From the NCBI GenBank assembly GCA_002269645.1, contig NIVC01001361.1, forward strand, positions 62,001 to 126,000: DNA of 64,000 nt, in the 5' to 3' direction. Below the pieces are notes generated by a model. The model saw only the letters and a list, made by a program, of their open reading frames with translations. It was not told where the DNA came from and ran no database searches. Shown piece after piece: positions 1-11,707 of this stretch; position 1 is the first letter of the stretch, and each line of letters begins with the position of its first letter. The DNA comes from Macrostomum lignano (taxonomy: Eukaryota). The position numbers and the translations under genes are program-made.

Positions 1-81
1 ATAGAATGCTACATAGAAATGTAGACCTATTAAATCAATCAATTCTAAAAAATAATTAGACACATTAATAGGGGAACTAGT

Positions 82-810
82 TACTTCAGTGACAGTCAGT
101 TTGGTGACAGTCACTTTGGTGACAACCATTTTGGTAATAGGTTACTTTGGTGACAAACGTATGTGTCGAGCCAATGCAAATGGTTCAATAGGACATTTTT
201 GTAAAAAAACCTTTTGGTCAATAATTTAAACTCGATTTTGAATTTAAGTTAATAGCTGTCTTAGAAATGACTATATTTCAATGTCCTGCTAAGTGAAGAT
301 ACAAAATATATGTAAGGTAGGCCTACAATATAATTTTTTGTTTAAGCAAAGGGTTTCTAAGAAATAAACATAAAAAATTTGCTCTAGGGCCTAAGAAATG
401 AATCTAACTCTTAATTAATATATCTTATAATTTTACCTTTACATCTATGCTTTGCTGATGTGCATGGACAAAGTATTTTATATATTTATTTTGTAAGCTT
501 TTGACAAGTTACATTTTCAACAAAATAATATAGCATGTTTCTGAGAAGCTGCACTTTGCTTTGAAAAGAAATCTTAAAAATTATAATATACATTCTTTTT
601 CTTAGAAACACTTCACTTTAAACAAGCAGTATACTTCCTTTTCAAAACTGACCTATTTAAGCAAGGCATTAAATTACGAGTGACTAATCTAGAGTATTTA
701 TTTCAGTTTAGATGTGAAATTATGCACACATTATTTTGTCACCAAAGTAACCTGTCACCGAAATGGATATCACCGAAGTGACTGTCACCGAACTGACTAT
801 CACTGAAGTA
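82..810. mobile_element. Non-autonomous TIR element (MITE-like) with ~75-bp imperfect inverted ends built of ~15-bp subrepeats
   Basis: 82-157 TACTTCAGTGACAGTCAGTTTGGTGACAGTCACTTTGGTGAC... is the reverse complement of 735-810 (...GTCACCGAAGTGACTGTCACCGAACTGACTATCACTGAAGTA). The interior is AT-rich and non-coding. Confidence 0.6.
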
Positions 811-1344
811 GGCCCTAATTGTAATTCATTAATAATAGGACAACTTTAGTAGCACATATCAGTAGGATTTTAAAAAAAGGAGAGCCAAAAAGCCTAGTAG
901 GCCTACAACTTGATGCCAGCAGCCAGGATTTTAATAGAGAGAAGTTAACCCCTAGTACATTTTTATTATATTTTGATTTTTATGCATTATTATCTCTAAA
1001 GTCAGCCATGCACTTTTTAAAAAATTAAACAACTTATTAATTAAAATTAAATATTTTTTTAAAAATAAAATAAAATAAATCAATCAGTCCGTTTAAATAT
1101 CAAGCAGGCAGCAGTAGCTGCATCTTTATTTTGTTACAATTGATATATTTGGAAAATTTGCCAAAATGGCCTAATATTGTTGCTGAAGTGACTATTGCCA
1201 AAATGTTTTGTCACCAAAGTGTCCATCACCAAATTGTCTTGTTGCTAAAGTAACTGGTAGTCTATGTGATGACCATAATAAGTATAAATATAGGCAACAT
1301 GGAATGTTCTAAGGGCAAGGCTATGTATTGTATGCTAAACTCAC

Positions 1345-1627
1345 CAGATTGAGAAACAGAAGCAGCTGTCTTAGCAGAAGTAACAGCTGTATCCTCTTCA
1401 ATAACAGATAGTTTGTCAGTTAGAAAATCATTAGATGTACATGGCTCACTGCATGTTAGGCCTAAACTAATTTTACTATCTGCTCCAGACTCAGACTGCT
1501 GTCGAAAGAACCATGAATCATCAACTTTAGCCTCCTCAATGCAATCAAGCTTTTGCGGACAGTCTATGCTATCAAACATATTGCTTTCAAACAAATTAGG
1601 TCTACACGTCTCTGGTTTAAAATCCAT
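1345..1627 (-). CDS. Probable host exon, acidic/Ser-rich, unknown product
   Basis: Open frame MDFKPET...SVSQS bounded by ttatcag| at 1628 and a CTG|GTGAGT donor at 1344. No recognisable domain. Confidence 0.4.
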
Positions 1628-3325
1628 CTGATAAATCTACTCACTAGGCCTAAATAAACTTAGCAAGAGGTCGTCACAAGTTTTATAATAGATGCCTATA
1701 GACTATAGTATAGAGCCGAGTGATGATTAGATCTAACAGAGTTCTTTATTTAGTTTCGATCTGACACTGGATTCGATTTAACTAGTTAAGATTGGTAAGA
1801 TCGTAAGATCAGTGTAACTCGATCCCCGCTGGGATTCTGGGAAAAAGATCACAAGCATCCAACATCCAACGTGAGCCGCGAATTTAAATTTGCTGAAAAG
1901 CGAGTTCCTAGAAAGCTCAGAGAATGCTATTCACGAGTAAAATAAACACATACGCTCATAGTCGGATCTAAATGGTTGGAATTGTTTACCAAAAGAGTTT
2001 GATTCTCAGTAGAATTGTTTGCTCAAACCCAGCAATTATTTTAGCTTAAAACCTCATCATATGACACCCAGGCATCTCACCAAAGTCCCTTAGCAGTCTT
2101 ATGCAACACAAAGTTGCTTCAGCTCTTTCATGTGGCAGTACAGAATATTAAGCTTTTCACGAATATTATTTCCAGAACCAGAATAATTCCGATTCCAGAA
2201 CCAGAATCGGTAGGAAAATGAAAAGCTTCGAACTCATTTTATGTTTTTCAGTCTTTACAATGTACATGTAATTTGTCTTTCCTTGACTTTGTTTACTCTT
2301 GGATATGGCAAAAAACAGATTAATAATATAGCAATTGACGGTTTCAAATATATTTTACTGTTAAAGCGTAAACATGACAATTCGGATCCAGAAATTTTCT
2401 CGATCCAAATTCCAGAACCAGAACACGGTTCTCTGGAACCAATTCTGAAAATGGAGCAGGTAATTATATGAAGCTCAAAAACCGATCGATTCTTTGATTC
2501 TGGAATTTGTAAAATGAACTCATTAGTTCATAAAGATACCGCGCTACTTACTGTTCGAAAAAATACGAAGGTGAGTGACTTATCCCATGGACAACTAGAG
2601 TAGTCTACTCTAGTCCGTGCAGACTTATCCGTGCAGCAATGCCAGGTACGTGATTTTTGCCCGTATTTAGGACACAATTTTTATGCAATGCCGATAATTT
2701 TGGGCGTCCAAAACTGATCAGCGTTCTATATTTCATATATTTGAAATAGAAATACAACAATATGAAAGTCAAATTTTCATTATGGAACTATATAAAATAC
2801 AGCAGAGTAACATATTTTGCATGCTAAATTAACGAAATGTTATAATCTTCTCATCCCCAGAGCTGATCAGATCAAACGCGAATCATTGATTTCTTTATGA
2901 AAAAATGAATATTTATCGCCGCTGATATTTTTCAGGAAATTATAGCCTTAAAAAATGACAGGATCTATGAGTTTTACGTTCTGTTATACTGGTCATTGGT
3001 GGAACCTCGAGGCATCTTTCGCGATCTGGTGCTCGACTGGTCCCCCCACCTTTGGAAATAAATCAGTTTCTGGCGCAGATTCCTATACCCTATAAAAGCT
3101 CCCTCTCTCTAGGATCATAAGTTCACCTGGGGAGTAGTAGTTCGGTCGATAGCGAGCGGTCCCCCTCCTGGTGTCGGGCCAGCCTAGTGGGTTATTTAAT
3201 TCGGCCAACTGCCCGGTCAGGTGGAGCGGCCGGGTGGGAATTAACCGCACCCCTTCGAGGTTATAGCCCGGCCCCTAACCTTTATCAATGGCCTTCAAGC
3301 CGACTATGGATAAGCTTTCTTAACT

Positions 3326-4210
3326 ATGGACGGGGCCTCATTCAACCCAACCTCAGTCCGAAGGACCGACCGGCCGACTGACTCAAACTGCAGGTGGCAA
3401 AGGGAGGACGTACCGGTCGGCTCTGCTGGTAGATCCAATTGGAGCCATCAAAAACAAGGTACCCAAAGACCTGCCAGCTCTTCTGGTGGATCAAAGGGAA
3501 CCGTGAGCTCTGAGCCTATAGAGGACCCACCAAACCTGGCAGATCCGACGAAGCTCAATGGGCTCGGCTTGGGCGCAAACGCGCTACGAGGGTAAAACAA
3601 ACGACAATACCTTTCGTGGTTTTTGTCCCTGCAAAGAGCACCACTGCCCAATGCTTGAAGATGCTTGAAGAAGAGCACCACTGCCAGATTGGAACCTACA
3701 ATCATTCGATGGATGGAGCCACCCAATTGCAGCGGGAATTGTTACTGAGGATTTCATGCGACCGTGCGGTCAGAACTTTCAAGGCTTTCAAATCTCCTGG
3801 ACCCGATGGTATTTACCCTGTTCTTCTTCGCGAAGCAGCTAAGATACCCACGTTCTTAAGACTTACCCGCAATCTCATGCGGTCCTCTATTCCTCTGTTC
3901 CCCAGCCCTTTCAACAGCTTCGGAGGTTCTTTTTGCGCCTCTCGCGAAAAGACATCCGGGCTGCCGTACCGGCTGCTTCTCCAGGCACCAGTACCTGCGG
4001 GACAATGCCACCAACGCCAACTGTAGTTTCTGCAACTCAGGTGACGAAACTGCTGAGCATTTTGTCAGCATCTGTCTCGCCTTCACGCGAGCCAGACTCA
4101 CTTACCTCGGGTCATACATGTACCTGTACACATCAATTACTGAAGCGTGCAAACCCAAAAACTTTAATCAGCTCATGCGCTACCTCCGTGCCACTCGCAG
4201 GGCTGAACTC
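3326..4210 (+). mobile_element. Internally deleted non-LTR retrotransposon remnant (LOA/R1/I-like LINE)
   Basis: AVRTFKAFKSPGPDGIYPVLLRE (~3765-3835) matches the pre-RT KSPGxDG motif. After a frameshift, LSRKDIR..TG..HQYL..CSFCNSGDETAEHFVSICLAFTRARLTYLG (~3940-4110) is the ORF2 C-terminal CCHC knuckle. Confidence 0.7.
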
Positions 4211-4847
4211 TCCTTTCCAGAGAGCACCATAGCTGCTGGCGACACTGGGGGACCTCCCTGGGCGGCGCCAACCCTTCGTCCATAGCGACGCGCCGGCCGT
4301 TCAGAGATTAGCGGAATAGGTGTTCGCACCTTCCCGCTGTGTCCCTTCCCAAACAGCCCTGCTCAAGTCAAGTCAAGTTCTTGTTCAAATCCCGAACTTC
4401 GGCAAAGCATTCTCGCCCCCGACAGCATCAGTTCGACTCCACCAGCAACTACAGCGACGCCAGTGTTTACGCCGCCTTGAACTGCCCGGATTGTCATCTA
4501 GTATACATGCGTATATTCCCTCCCTTGCCAATAACATTGATTGATGCCGAGGCAGATGCGGCCAAATTACTTTTGAAAAATCATTAGACATTTAGTTAAT
4601 CTGCATGTCTAAAGTCATGTTGCGAGAGTATTCGTACAGTGCTGTGCTGCGGATGTACGAGAGAAGTTAAGGTTCAAATAATGTATAATTAGCTACATTT
4701 ATAACAAATCTACAAGCCCTATAACTAATATTGTGCCCTATAACTAAATTACGAACAGCTCAGAGATAGCGTGCGTCACTGTGCGGCAGGTACATCGCCA
4801 TGGATTTTTATACGGCGGGGGACAAAGCAAAGAATTTTACATGTACG

Positions 4848-5800
4848 GGCAGGCACTCATTTTGGCGCCGCAGGCACTCATTTTTGCGCCACAGAAACTC
4901 ATTTTGGCGCCACAGAAACTCATTTTGGCGCCACAGAAACTCATTTTAGCGCCGCAGGCACTCATTTTAGCGCCGTAAACACTCATTTTAGCGCCGCAGG
5001 CACTCATTTTAGCGCCGCAGACACTCATTTTAGCGCCACAGGCACTCATTTTGGCGCCGCAGGCACTCATTTTGGCGCCGCAGGCACTCATTTTAGAGCC
5101 GCAGACACTCATTTTAGCGCCGCAGGCACTCATTTTAGCGCCACATGCACTCATTTTAGCGCCATAGGCACTCATTTTAGCGCCACAGGCACTCATTTTA
5201 GCGCCAAAGGCACTCATTTTAGCGCCGCAGGCACTCATTTTAGCGCCGCAGACACTCATTTTAGCGCCACAGGCACTCATTTTGGCGCCGCAGGCACTCA
5301 TTTTGGCGCCGCAGGCACTCATTTTAGCGCCGCAGACACTCATTTTAGCGCCGCAGGCACTCATTTTAGCGCCACATGCACTCATTTTAGCGCCACATGC
5401 ACTCATTTTAGCGCCACAGGCACTCATTTTAGCGCCACAGGCACTCATTTTAGCGCCGCAGGCACTCATTTTAGAGTCGCAGGCACTCATTTTAGCGCCG
5501 CAGGCACTCATTTTAGAGCCGCAGGCACTCATTTTAGAGCCGCAGGCACTCATTTTAGAGCCGCAGGCACTCATTTTAGAGCCGCAGGCATTCATTTTAC
5601 AGCCGCAGGCACTCATTTTAGCGCCGCAGGCACTCATTTTAGCGCCGCAGGCACTCATTTTAGCGCCACAGGCACTCATTTTAGAGCCACAGGCACTCAT
5701 TTTAGCGCCGCAAGCACTCATTTTAGCGCCGCAGGCACTCATTTTAGCGCCGCAGGCACTCATTTTAGCGCCACAGGTACTCATTTTAGCGCCGCAAGCA
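4848..5800. repeat. 21-bp minisatellite (GCAGGCACTCATTTTAGCGCC)n, left part of an array split by the Polinton
   Basis: About 45 direct tandem units. The long ORFs here are translations of the repeat. Confidence 0.97.
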
Positions 5801-6466
5801 ACTACTAAGGGATTCCGAATGGCTCGATTTTGCGAAGGTCCGTCGGGCTGATGTCGGCCTCTAGCACCGCGGCAAGGTGCTCCCTCGGGGTGTACCACCT
5901 CCCCCGGGGTGTACCTCCAGCGGGGTGGGTGTCCAGCGAGTGTACCTCCAGCGGGGTGGGCCTCCCGCGAGTGTACATCCGGCCGGCTGGGCGTCCAGCG
6001 AGTGTACCTTCAGCGCATGGGCCTCCCTCGGGGTGTACATCCGGCGGGGGGATTCCCGCCCCTCCCACCAATGTCGTGTGCACGCGGTTAGTGTAGGAAG
6101 GAAACCCCCGATGCTGACGCAGCCCTGTACACTGAGCAACCGGCCCCCATGCGGGGGACAGAGAGCAGCCCTGTAGCTGGGGACAGAGAGCAGCCCCTGT
6201 AGCAGGAGGGGTAGTGCGTGGAGAGCCGCCATCCCCCTGTAGCAGGGGACAGATAACAGGCGACCCCTGTAGCAGTATGAGGTGGGGTACAAAGAGACAC
6301 GGGGTGCTGGGACAGAGAGTGCGTGGAGGCACCCTGCGCTGCCCTGGCATGTCGCAGCACGCGGCGTGGACAGAGAGGGAGTATGAATCACACCCCCCGC
6401 GGAGAGAGCGGCCCAGTCTGGAGGCGCGGGACAGACCGGGGGTGAGTGATAGAGAGCTCCCCCAGG
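5801..6466 (+). repeat. Left terminal inverted repeat
   Basis: 5801-6393 is the near-exact reverse complement of 15764-16357 (differences seen: one C-run length and a few substitutions). A further imperfect block 6428-6466 matches 15689-15726. Confidence 0.95.
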
Positions 6467-6557
6467 GCAGTAGAGGACTTGAAAAGAAAAAACACGTATT
6501 TTAGTTGTTTCAGGTTCAGGCCATCCGGCAAACAGAGCAAAGCTCTCCAACAGTGTT

Positions 6558-7187
6558 TTATTTAGCATAAACTACGGGGTAGCGCCCCAACACATTAGCA
6601 TAGTAGCGAACAGATGCGTTCTGCAAGCAATTAACAATCAAGTAGGAGTAGGGCTCCCTAGTGGCGTCTTCGTACATTTGAACAAAACTTTTTGGGTTAG
6701 CGGGGACAAGCTGCTTTGCAATATGGGCGACTGTACTAACGTCCCGTACATTGCGGAACAATACAAGGTAGTTTGCGTTAAGGGATTGAGTGCGGTGCTC
6801 CTTGCCCTTGGCAAACAGGTTTTGTACAAGGTACCAAAGCCGGAATCCCACATGGCTGACTTTGCGAGTGAAAAATGCGGTAAAAGCAGCGTTTTTTTCC
6901 ATGGCTTGCATTTGATCATCGACAACGAGTAGAATATTCGGAGCGGGAACATAGGTTTCAGGGTTAAATGTAGACGAGCGAAAATTGACAGGGTACGGTA
7001 ATTCAAACAGTTCCGGGTCTGGATAGTGCCCAAACCAATCAACGCGAACAGGCTTAGGGTCCTGAAAAAACTCGTTTCGCAGCAATTCTTTAACAAGAGT
7101 TGTTTTTCCGCTCTGGTTAACACCAGCAAAAATCGCCGAAGTATTTGGAGCAAACTTTAGAGCGTCAGGATCAATTGTTTGGTACAT
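6558..7187 (-). CDS. A32/FtsK-like genome-packaging ATPase
   Basis: Walker A GVNQSGKT, Walker B LLVVDD, then FTRKVSH..LVQNLF..RTQSLNANYLVLF..RD typical of Polinton ATPases. First ATG is at 7187 (the 7211 start is TTG). Confidence 0.92.
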   Translation of the reverse strand: MYQTIDPDALKFAPNTSAIFAGVNQSGKTTLVKELLRNEFFQDPKPVRVDWFGHYPDPELFELPYPVNFRSSTFNPETYVPAPNILLVVDDQMQAMEKNAAFTAFFTRKVSHVGFRLWYLVQNLFAKGKEHRTQSLNANYLVLFRNVRDVSTVAHIAKQLVPANPKSFVQMYEDATREPYSYLIVNCLQNASVRYYANVLGRYPVVYAK

Positions 7188-7221
7188 TTTCAGGGCGAGT
7201 TGACACTCCAAATATTAAAAA

Positions 7222-7658
7222 CTATTTTATTTGTAGAACATGTTTTCGAACCATCAAATCATTTTCAAGCAGATTGGTAGAGTAACATTCCCTTAAAATC
7301 TTTTCAATCGACAACCCCTCTAAAAAGTGCTTTTCGGCCACAAAAATCACATGCGGCCCACACGCTACACTTAGAGGGTGTTGAACAGGGTGGCGATTCA
7401 TAGCAACAGGTGAATGTACATGCATCGAGATCCAAGCCGAGAGCAATTCCGGCACGGGTTCAATACACAGGGGTCAAAAAATGTCACACTCTTATCATCG
7501 TGTAGGCAAATCAGTCCCCAGTGGGTGCCTGGCAGATTACCCGTGTCAAAATTAATTACATATGCAGCAGGGTAAACAGGTGCAGGAATTCTGTCGAGAG
7601 GGCAAACGTGCACTTCCACAGGTAGTTTTAAACGCTCCAAAATTTCCAACGTGTTCAT
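7222..7658 (-). CDS. Adenain-like cysteine protease, split by a 1-nt frameshift (~7467); ~145 aa when repaired
   Basis: GTHW (His) and FFD (Asp) are in ORF 7398-7658; QHPLSVACG (Gln/Cys) is in ORF 7222-7455. Restoring one G gives the continuous FFDPCGIEPVPELL. Confidence 0.88.
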
Positions 7659-8936
7659 ACGTAGTCCAGAATGGGCTGGCGGCCTCTAGTGATTTGCACG
7701 CGTTGTCAAAGTAACCAAACACCAAAACGTTAATCCCGGCAGGTAGGGCTGCAGAAAACTTTATCTGTAGGGTCAGATTCCCTCTCTCGCGAGGCATGCT
7801 ATGTCCACCCAGTTCCATGTCGGGCATTAGATTCCACGCAAATAAGCAGTAACCGGCGCGATAATCCGAATATGACAGGTCAATGTCCAAATCGCGATTC
7901 ATTTTCCCTAGGCTCTTAAACAGCATGGCGTATTCGCGAGCATAGTTTTGGGCAGCGAACCTTGGAGTGAATGGTTGACCGCACAGACTGACACCGTCCT
8001 TGTACAGGGCCACACTGTCCGCCCCAAATGGCTCGAAATTGAACGGATTATGGGTGGCCACCCCGTTATATGCGGCACTATTGACCATCCCATAATGACA
8101 AGTTTAGGCTTCTGCTCCGGGAAAATATTATTGATTGACACGTCGCGAACTCCTACAGCGACAGAGGTGTTGTGTACAACGAGGCGCTCGATGGGGTAGA
8201 CTGCATTCTGAGTCGCCAGCTGTTCTTCAATCTCCAAGGCCAGTTGGGGGTTAGCCTTTACCCGACGAACGTGTAATTTTGCACTTTGAAGAACCAACTT
8301 TGCATCAACCCCTTCGGCGTGATTCTCTACAACGAATCCCGAATTTTGCAGAGTGAGCGTAACCACCATATCAGTGTAGGGTAGCAGCATACGATCGTTG
8401 GTGACAAAAAAGTCGAGACTAAGAGGGCCATACAGGTGAAATGTTCGAGAACCGGCAGCCATCGCCTTGCGAGTTACAAAGCCAGGATTTCCAACCGCAG
8501 CCATTTGACCCCCAGCGTCTTTAGCGTAGCCCATCATCCGCAGTTGGTTAGACTTTGAATCAGACCCATAACTCAAGCATGTACGAATGTACGCCTTGTA
8601 GGCGTGGTTGTTGTTGCTAGACTCGATATGTGTACCATTTATGGAAAGAGACACGTTTTTGAACATGGTCTCCAAGAGGTAATTGATTGGCGCCACGTTT
8701 GAATCCGCCGCCAAATCGGCTCCATTAGCTCTTTTAATACAACCTTTAATCTCGAGATCAATGTCATTAAGATCGACAAACGTCTCGCCGCCCACAATTC
8801 TAAACTCAACCACACTCGCATTTTCGACGCTGGCAACCGGGTGGATTTCTTCAGTAGTTGAACCTACAGCGGCAATCTGGTGGGCTCGAGGGGCAAAGAG
8901 CTCAAACTCGGACTTTGTACACAGACACTCGGACAT
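7655..8936 (-). CDS. Double-jelly-roll major capsid protein (Polinton PY), two 1-nt frameshifts; ~427 aa when repaired
   Basis: N-terminus ECLCTKSEFELF..HQ..EEIHPV..VEFRI..FVDLNDI and middle HNPFNFEPF..VALYKDG..QP. One G restored at ~8089 gives KLVIMGMVNSAAYNG; one G at ~7700 gives DNAVQITRGRQPILDYV*, whose TGA overlaps the protease ATG. Confidence 0.92.
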
Positions 8937-8965
8937 GTTTAGTAGACAGACTCGATTCGGCGAAT

Positions 8966-9310
8966 CTAATTGAAGCGGGGCTTTTTATTTATAGTGCTGA
9001 AAATGTCTGAATTGAGACGCTTCGGAGCCTTTTTTCTTCTTCGTCCGCTACCCCTTTGGGTAACCGTGTCTTTAAAGGCGTCCTTGGCAGCCTGAACAGA
9101 ATTGCGCAGGACAGACTCCTTCAAATTGCCTCCTTGCTCGAGGCTATCGTTAACAGTAGTTGCTAGGGCTCTAGTACCATGACGGAGAACGTTTTTACCA
9201 AAACTCTTTAGAATTGGCAGCGCGAAGCGGGCAATGCTTCCAAACAAACCGTTGCCCCTCTGGGCGCCCGCGAAAACAGGCAAAGCTCCACCAATCAGAA
9301 TAGAAGGCAT
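8966..9310 (-). CDS. Basic core-like virion protein with adenain-type cleavage sites
   Basis: FAGAQRGNGLFGSIARFALPILKSFGK amphipathic segment, QRGSGRRRKK basic tail. This is a conserved Polinton ORF type located between penton and capsid. Confidence 0.75.
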   Translation of the reverse strand: MPSILIGGALPVFAGAQRGNGLFGSIARFALPILKSFGKNVLRHGTRALATTVNDSLEQGGNLKESVLRNSVQAAKDAFKDTVTQRGSGRRRKKAPKRLNSDIFSTINKKPRFN

Positions 9311-9353
9311 GATTAAGCACTAGGATATAGTTTACTGAGGCTGTGCTGTTTAT

Positions 9354-10484
9354 TTATAGCTTCTTTTCGCGGATGTTAACGCTCAAGACGGTCTTGCCCC
9401 TCATTACTTTTGTCATATCCCTGCCCATATCATCGTTAATTTGTACTTCAATAGTTTTGAATGGGTGCTTAACCAGCGGTAGATATGCCGGATTGACAAA
9501 CTCGTAGTACTCGCGACCGCCCTGAACTTTGGGATCCATCGGTATAGCTCCCAACAGAGGAACTTTAACGTCTCCTACAATAACAGAATCGACTATGCTC
9601 GAATAGATGTACATTGTTTGTATTCCACCGGTTAATTCCATTGATGCGTTTGCGTAGAAATCCGATATACCGAAAAATGGGGTTGTATAATCATGCTCTG
9701 GGAAACCAAGCACGCTGGTCAAGCGCCCCAACCCAAACATGTAATCCACCGAGCCGATGTAATAACACCTATTCGTAACTTCGCTGTATCCGAAAAAGTC
9801 CTTTCTAGGTGCTGGAGCCGCTATGAGATCTTTGATCCGTTTCCAAATTAAATCGTTGAGTTCCTCCACCAATCTTTTAGGTGTACTATAGTATCCACCC
9901 TGCATAAAATAGATTTGATCAGACGCTGCGCTAGTAACTTGTCTTATTATTGGAGCGTGGTCCATTGACTGTACAGTCGGTTCCTCAACAACTGCGGTGA
10001 TGGAGGCTGCACACCCCGCGTGTAATACGAGTTCAGTAGGTAGATCCTCATTAGACTCGAAGCCGGCGACTAGTTTAAACACCTTGGGTAGGGCATCCGG
10101 GAATTTGATGCCGACGGTGGATTTTGAAGTATTCACAATCATAAAGGCGGTTGGGGATGTTCTTAAAAAGACAATTTTCTTATTATCCCCTTCAACGTAT
10201 CGGATACCGTTTAGAAAGCCGGAAATACATTCTTCAGGGGTTTTCAGACCCGCTGCGAGACAAAGGCTTGCAAACGACGAAGCCGTCAAGAGGCCCTCCT
10301 GTTCGCGAATGGTGATCGGTATAGATTTTTTGAAAGATTCAAATTCTTTGGTAAAGTAGATCCGTTCGAGGCAAACCTCATGATTCGGAAAGTGGAGAGT
10401 GTCCGGTAAATTAATAAAATAATGAGCCGGATTATTTTCGGGATAGTGCTCGGGGCACGCATTGCTAGGCAGAAAGAGATGCAT
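9354..10484 (-). CDS. Minor capsid (penton, single jelly-roll) protein
   Basis: LFLPSN..YPENNP..F..LP..L...EVCLERIYF N-terminus; MYIYSSIVDSVIVGDVKVPLL..EFVNPAYLPL..F.TIEVQINDDMGR C-terminus. Confidence 0.85.
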   Translation of the reverse strand: MHLFLPSNACPEHYPENNPAHYFINLPDTLHFPNHEVCLERIYFTKEFESFKKSIPITIREQEGLLTASSFASLCLAAGLKTPEECISGFLNGIRYVEGDNKKIVFLRTSPTAFMIVNTSKSTVGIKFPDALPKVFKLVAGFESNEDLPTELVLHAGCAASITAVVEEPTVQSMDHAPIIRQVTSAASDQIYFMQGGYYSTPKRLVEELNDLIWKRIKDLIAAPAPRKDFFGYSEVTNRCYYIGSVDYMFGLGRLTSVLGFPEHDYTTPFFGISDFYANASMELTGGIQTMYIYSSIVDSVIVGDVKVPLLGAIPMDPKVQGGREYYEFVNPAYLPLVKHPFKTIEVQINDDMGRDMTKVMRGKTVLSVNIREKKL

Positions 10485-10496
10485 GGTAGCCACGCA

Positions 10497-11575
10497 TTAG
10501 TTATTATTACGTTGACGTATATTTATAACTTCATTTACAGGTACAAATGAATTAAAAGTGTCGGGATAACCGCGCCAGCTAACGTAATGGTGCGCAACAC
10601 CATTTATTAACACGTTTCTACGCAAAACTTTATTGATTACAAAACGCTCGGGTCGGGTAGATTTGGACAGTTCATTGTAGTAAAACCGTCCCTCAATCAC
10701 TTCACCAGACAAATCAGAAATACGATAAAAATGTGGGGGTCCAGGGCAAACTTTGGATATAATGTACACCTCCTCACTATACATGTCGTATGCCTCCTTG
10801 TCGAATGCCCTGCGAGATTTCGAAATTCTCACAAAATCCCCCTTTTTATATACGGGGTCGTCTTTTTGCTGATCCGGGTAGAGCTTTTCCCACACACGCT
10901 TCTGATTGTGGAACCCTACACTTGACGGTTTCATCTCAATAGTAGAATGCGTCGTGTTGTTGTAATTGCCTACAAATTAGGTAAGTAGTCAACCCAACGC
11001 CACGTGTTGTTGTGCTCAAAGTAGCGAGCCAGACGCTTTCGAAGAGTTCTAATCAGCCTCTCGGCCATGTTTGCCTTGTACACAGAGTTGGTGCTGTACA
11101 TTTTAACATTATTGTCTTTTAGTATGCGGCGCATTCGCTGATTATAAAACTCGGTACCCCGATCCACGTGAAGGTAAAGGGGGCGGGCAGGGAAATCATT
11201 CGCCAACATTGACTCAAACGCTGCGGGGGTATCACTCTTTAGTTTAATTGCCCTACAAAAAGCCTGCTTACTAAGCACATCAATAATAACTAGTATATAT
11301 TTATGTCCGTCATTCCAACGTTTGTATCGCGACATGTCCATCAAATCGGCTTGTAGAGTTTCCATGAATCCTCCCGACATTACTTTTCCCGTTTTAAATG
11401 TCCTGTTGACTCTCCGGTGACGGGTGTAACTCGGTTGGGTTTCTAGCCATTCCCTGGTTTGGCGTCTTGTCAGGTTTGGCGCCAGACGTTTGGCCTCCTG
11501 ATAGACACGGGCAGCATTTGAAAAAGCGGCGGCTCCTTGTTCGTAAACTCGACGAAGAGCGGTTAGAGCCCTCAT
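10497..11575 (-). CDS. rve (DDE) integrase with C-terminal chromodomain, one 1-nt frameshift (~10975); ~359 aa when repaired
   Basis: QADL..IDVLSK..VDRGTEF..AERLIRTL (D,D,E). Restoring one T gives NFVGNYNNTTHSTIEMKP. Ends with the chromodomain-like HYVSWRGYPDTFNSFVP. Confidence 0.92.
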
Positions 11576-11672
11576 TGACAACAAGTGTGGATGCACAGCA
11601 TGAATAGTTGCACGTAATGTCGGCTGGGGAGTTGTCTACACAAAGCTTTGACGCGGCTGCTGCTGCGCCCAT
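11572..11672 (-). CDS. Putative 33-aa Cys-rich microprotein (needs one restored A)
   Basis: ATG lies 37 nt downstream of TATAAATA. Restoring AA>AAA gives MGAAAAASKLCVDNSPADITCNYSCCASTLVVK* with an ATGA overlap into the integrase. Confidence 0.3.
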
Positions 11673-11707
11673 GACCGCCGGCGCGCGGTTATGTTTGGAC
11701 TAGGGTT

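Noticed and set aside
4771-5898. Long repetitive ORFs (AAGTHFS, CGAKMSA, APQALIL)
   Set aside because: They are three-frame translations of a 21-bp minisatellite, open only because the unit is a multiple of 3 and lacks stops. The array is also split by the transposon.
5805-6568. Multiple Pro/Gly-rich ORFs in the TIRs (also 15603-16353)
   Set aside because: These are GC-rich TIR subrepeats, mirrored at both ends, with no domain signal.
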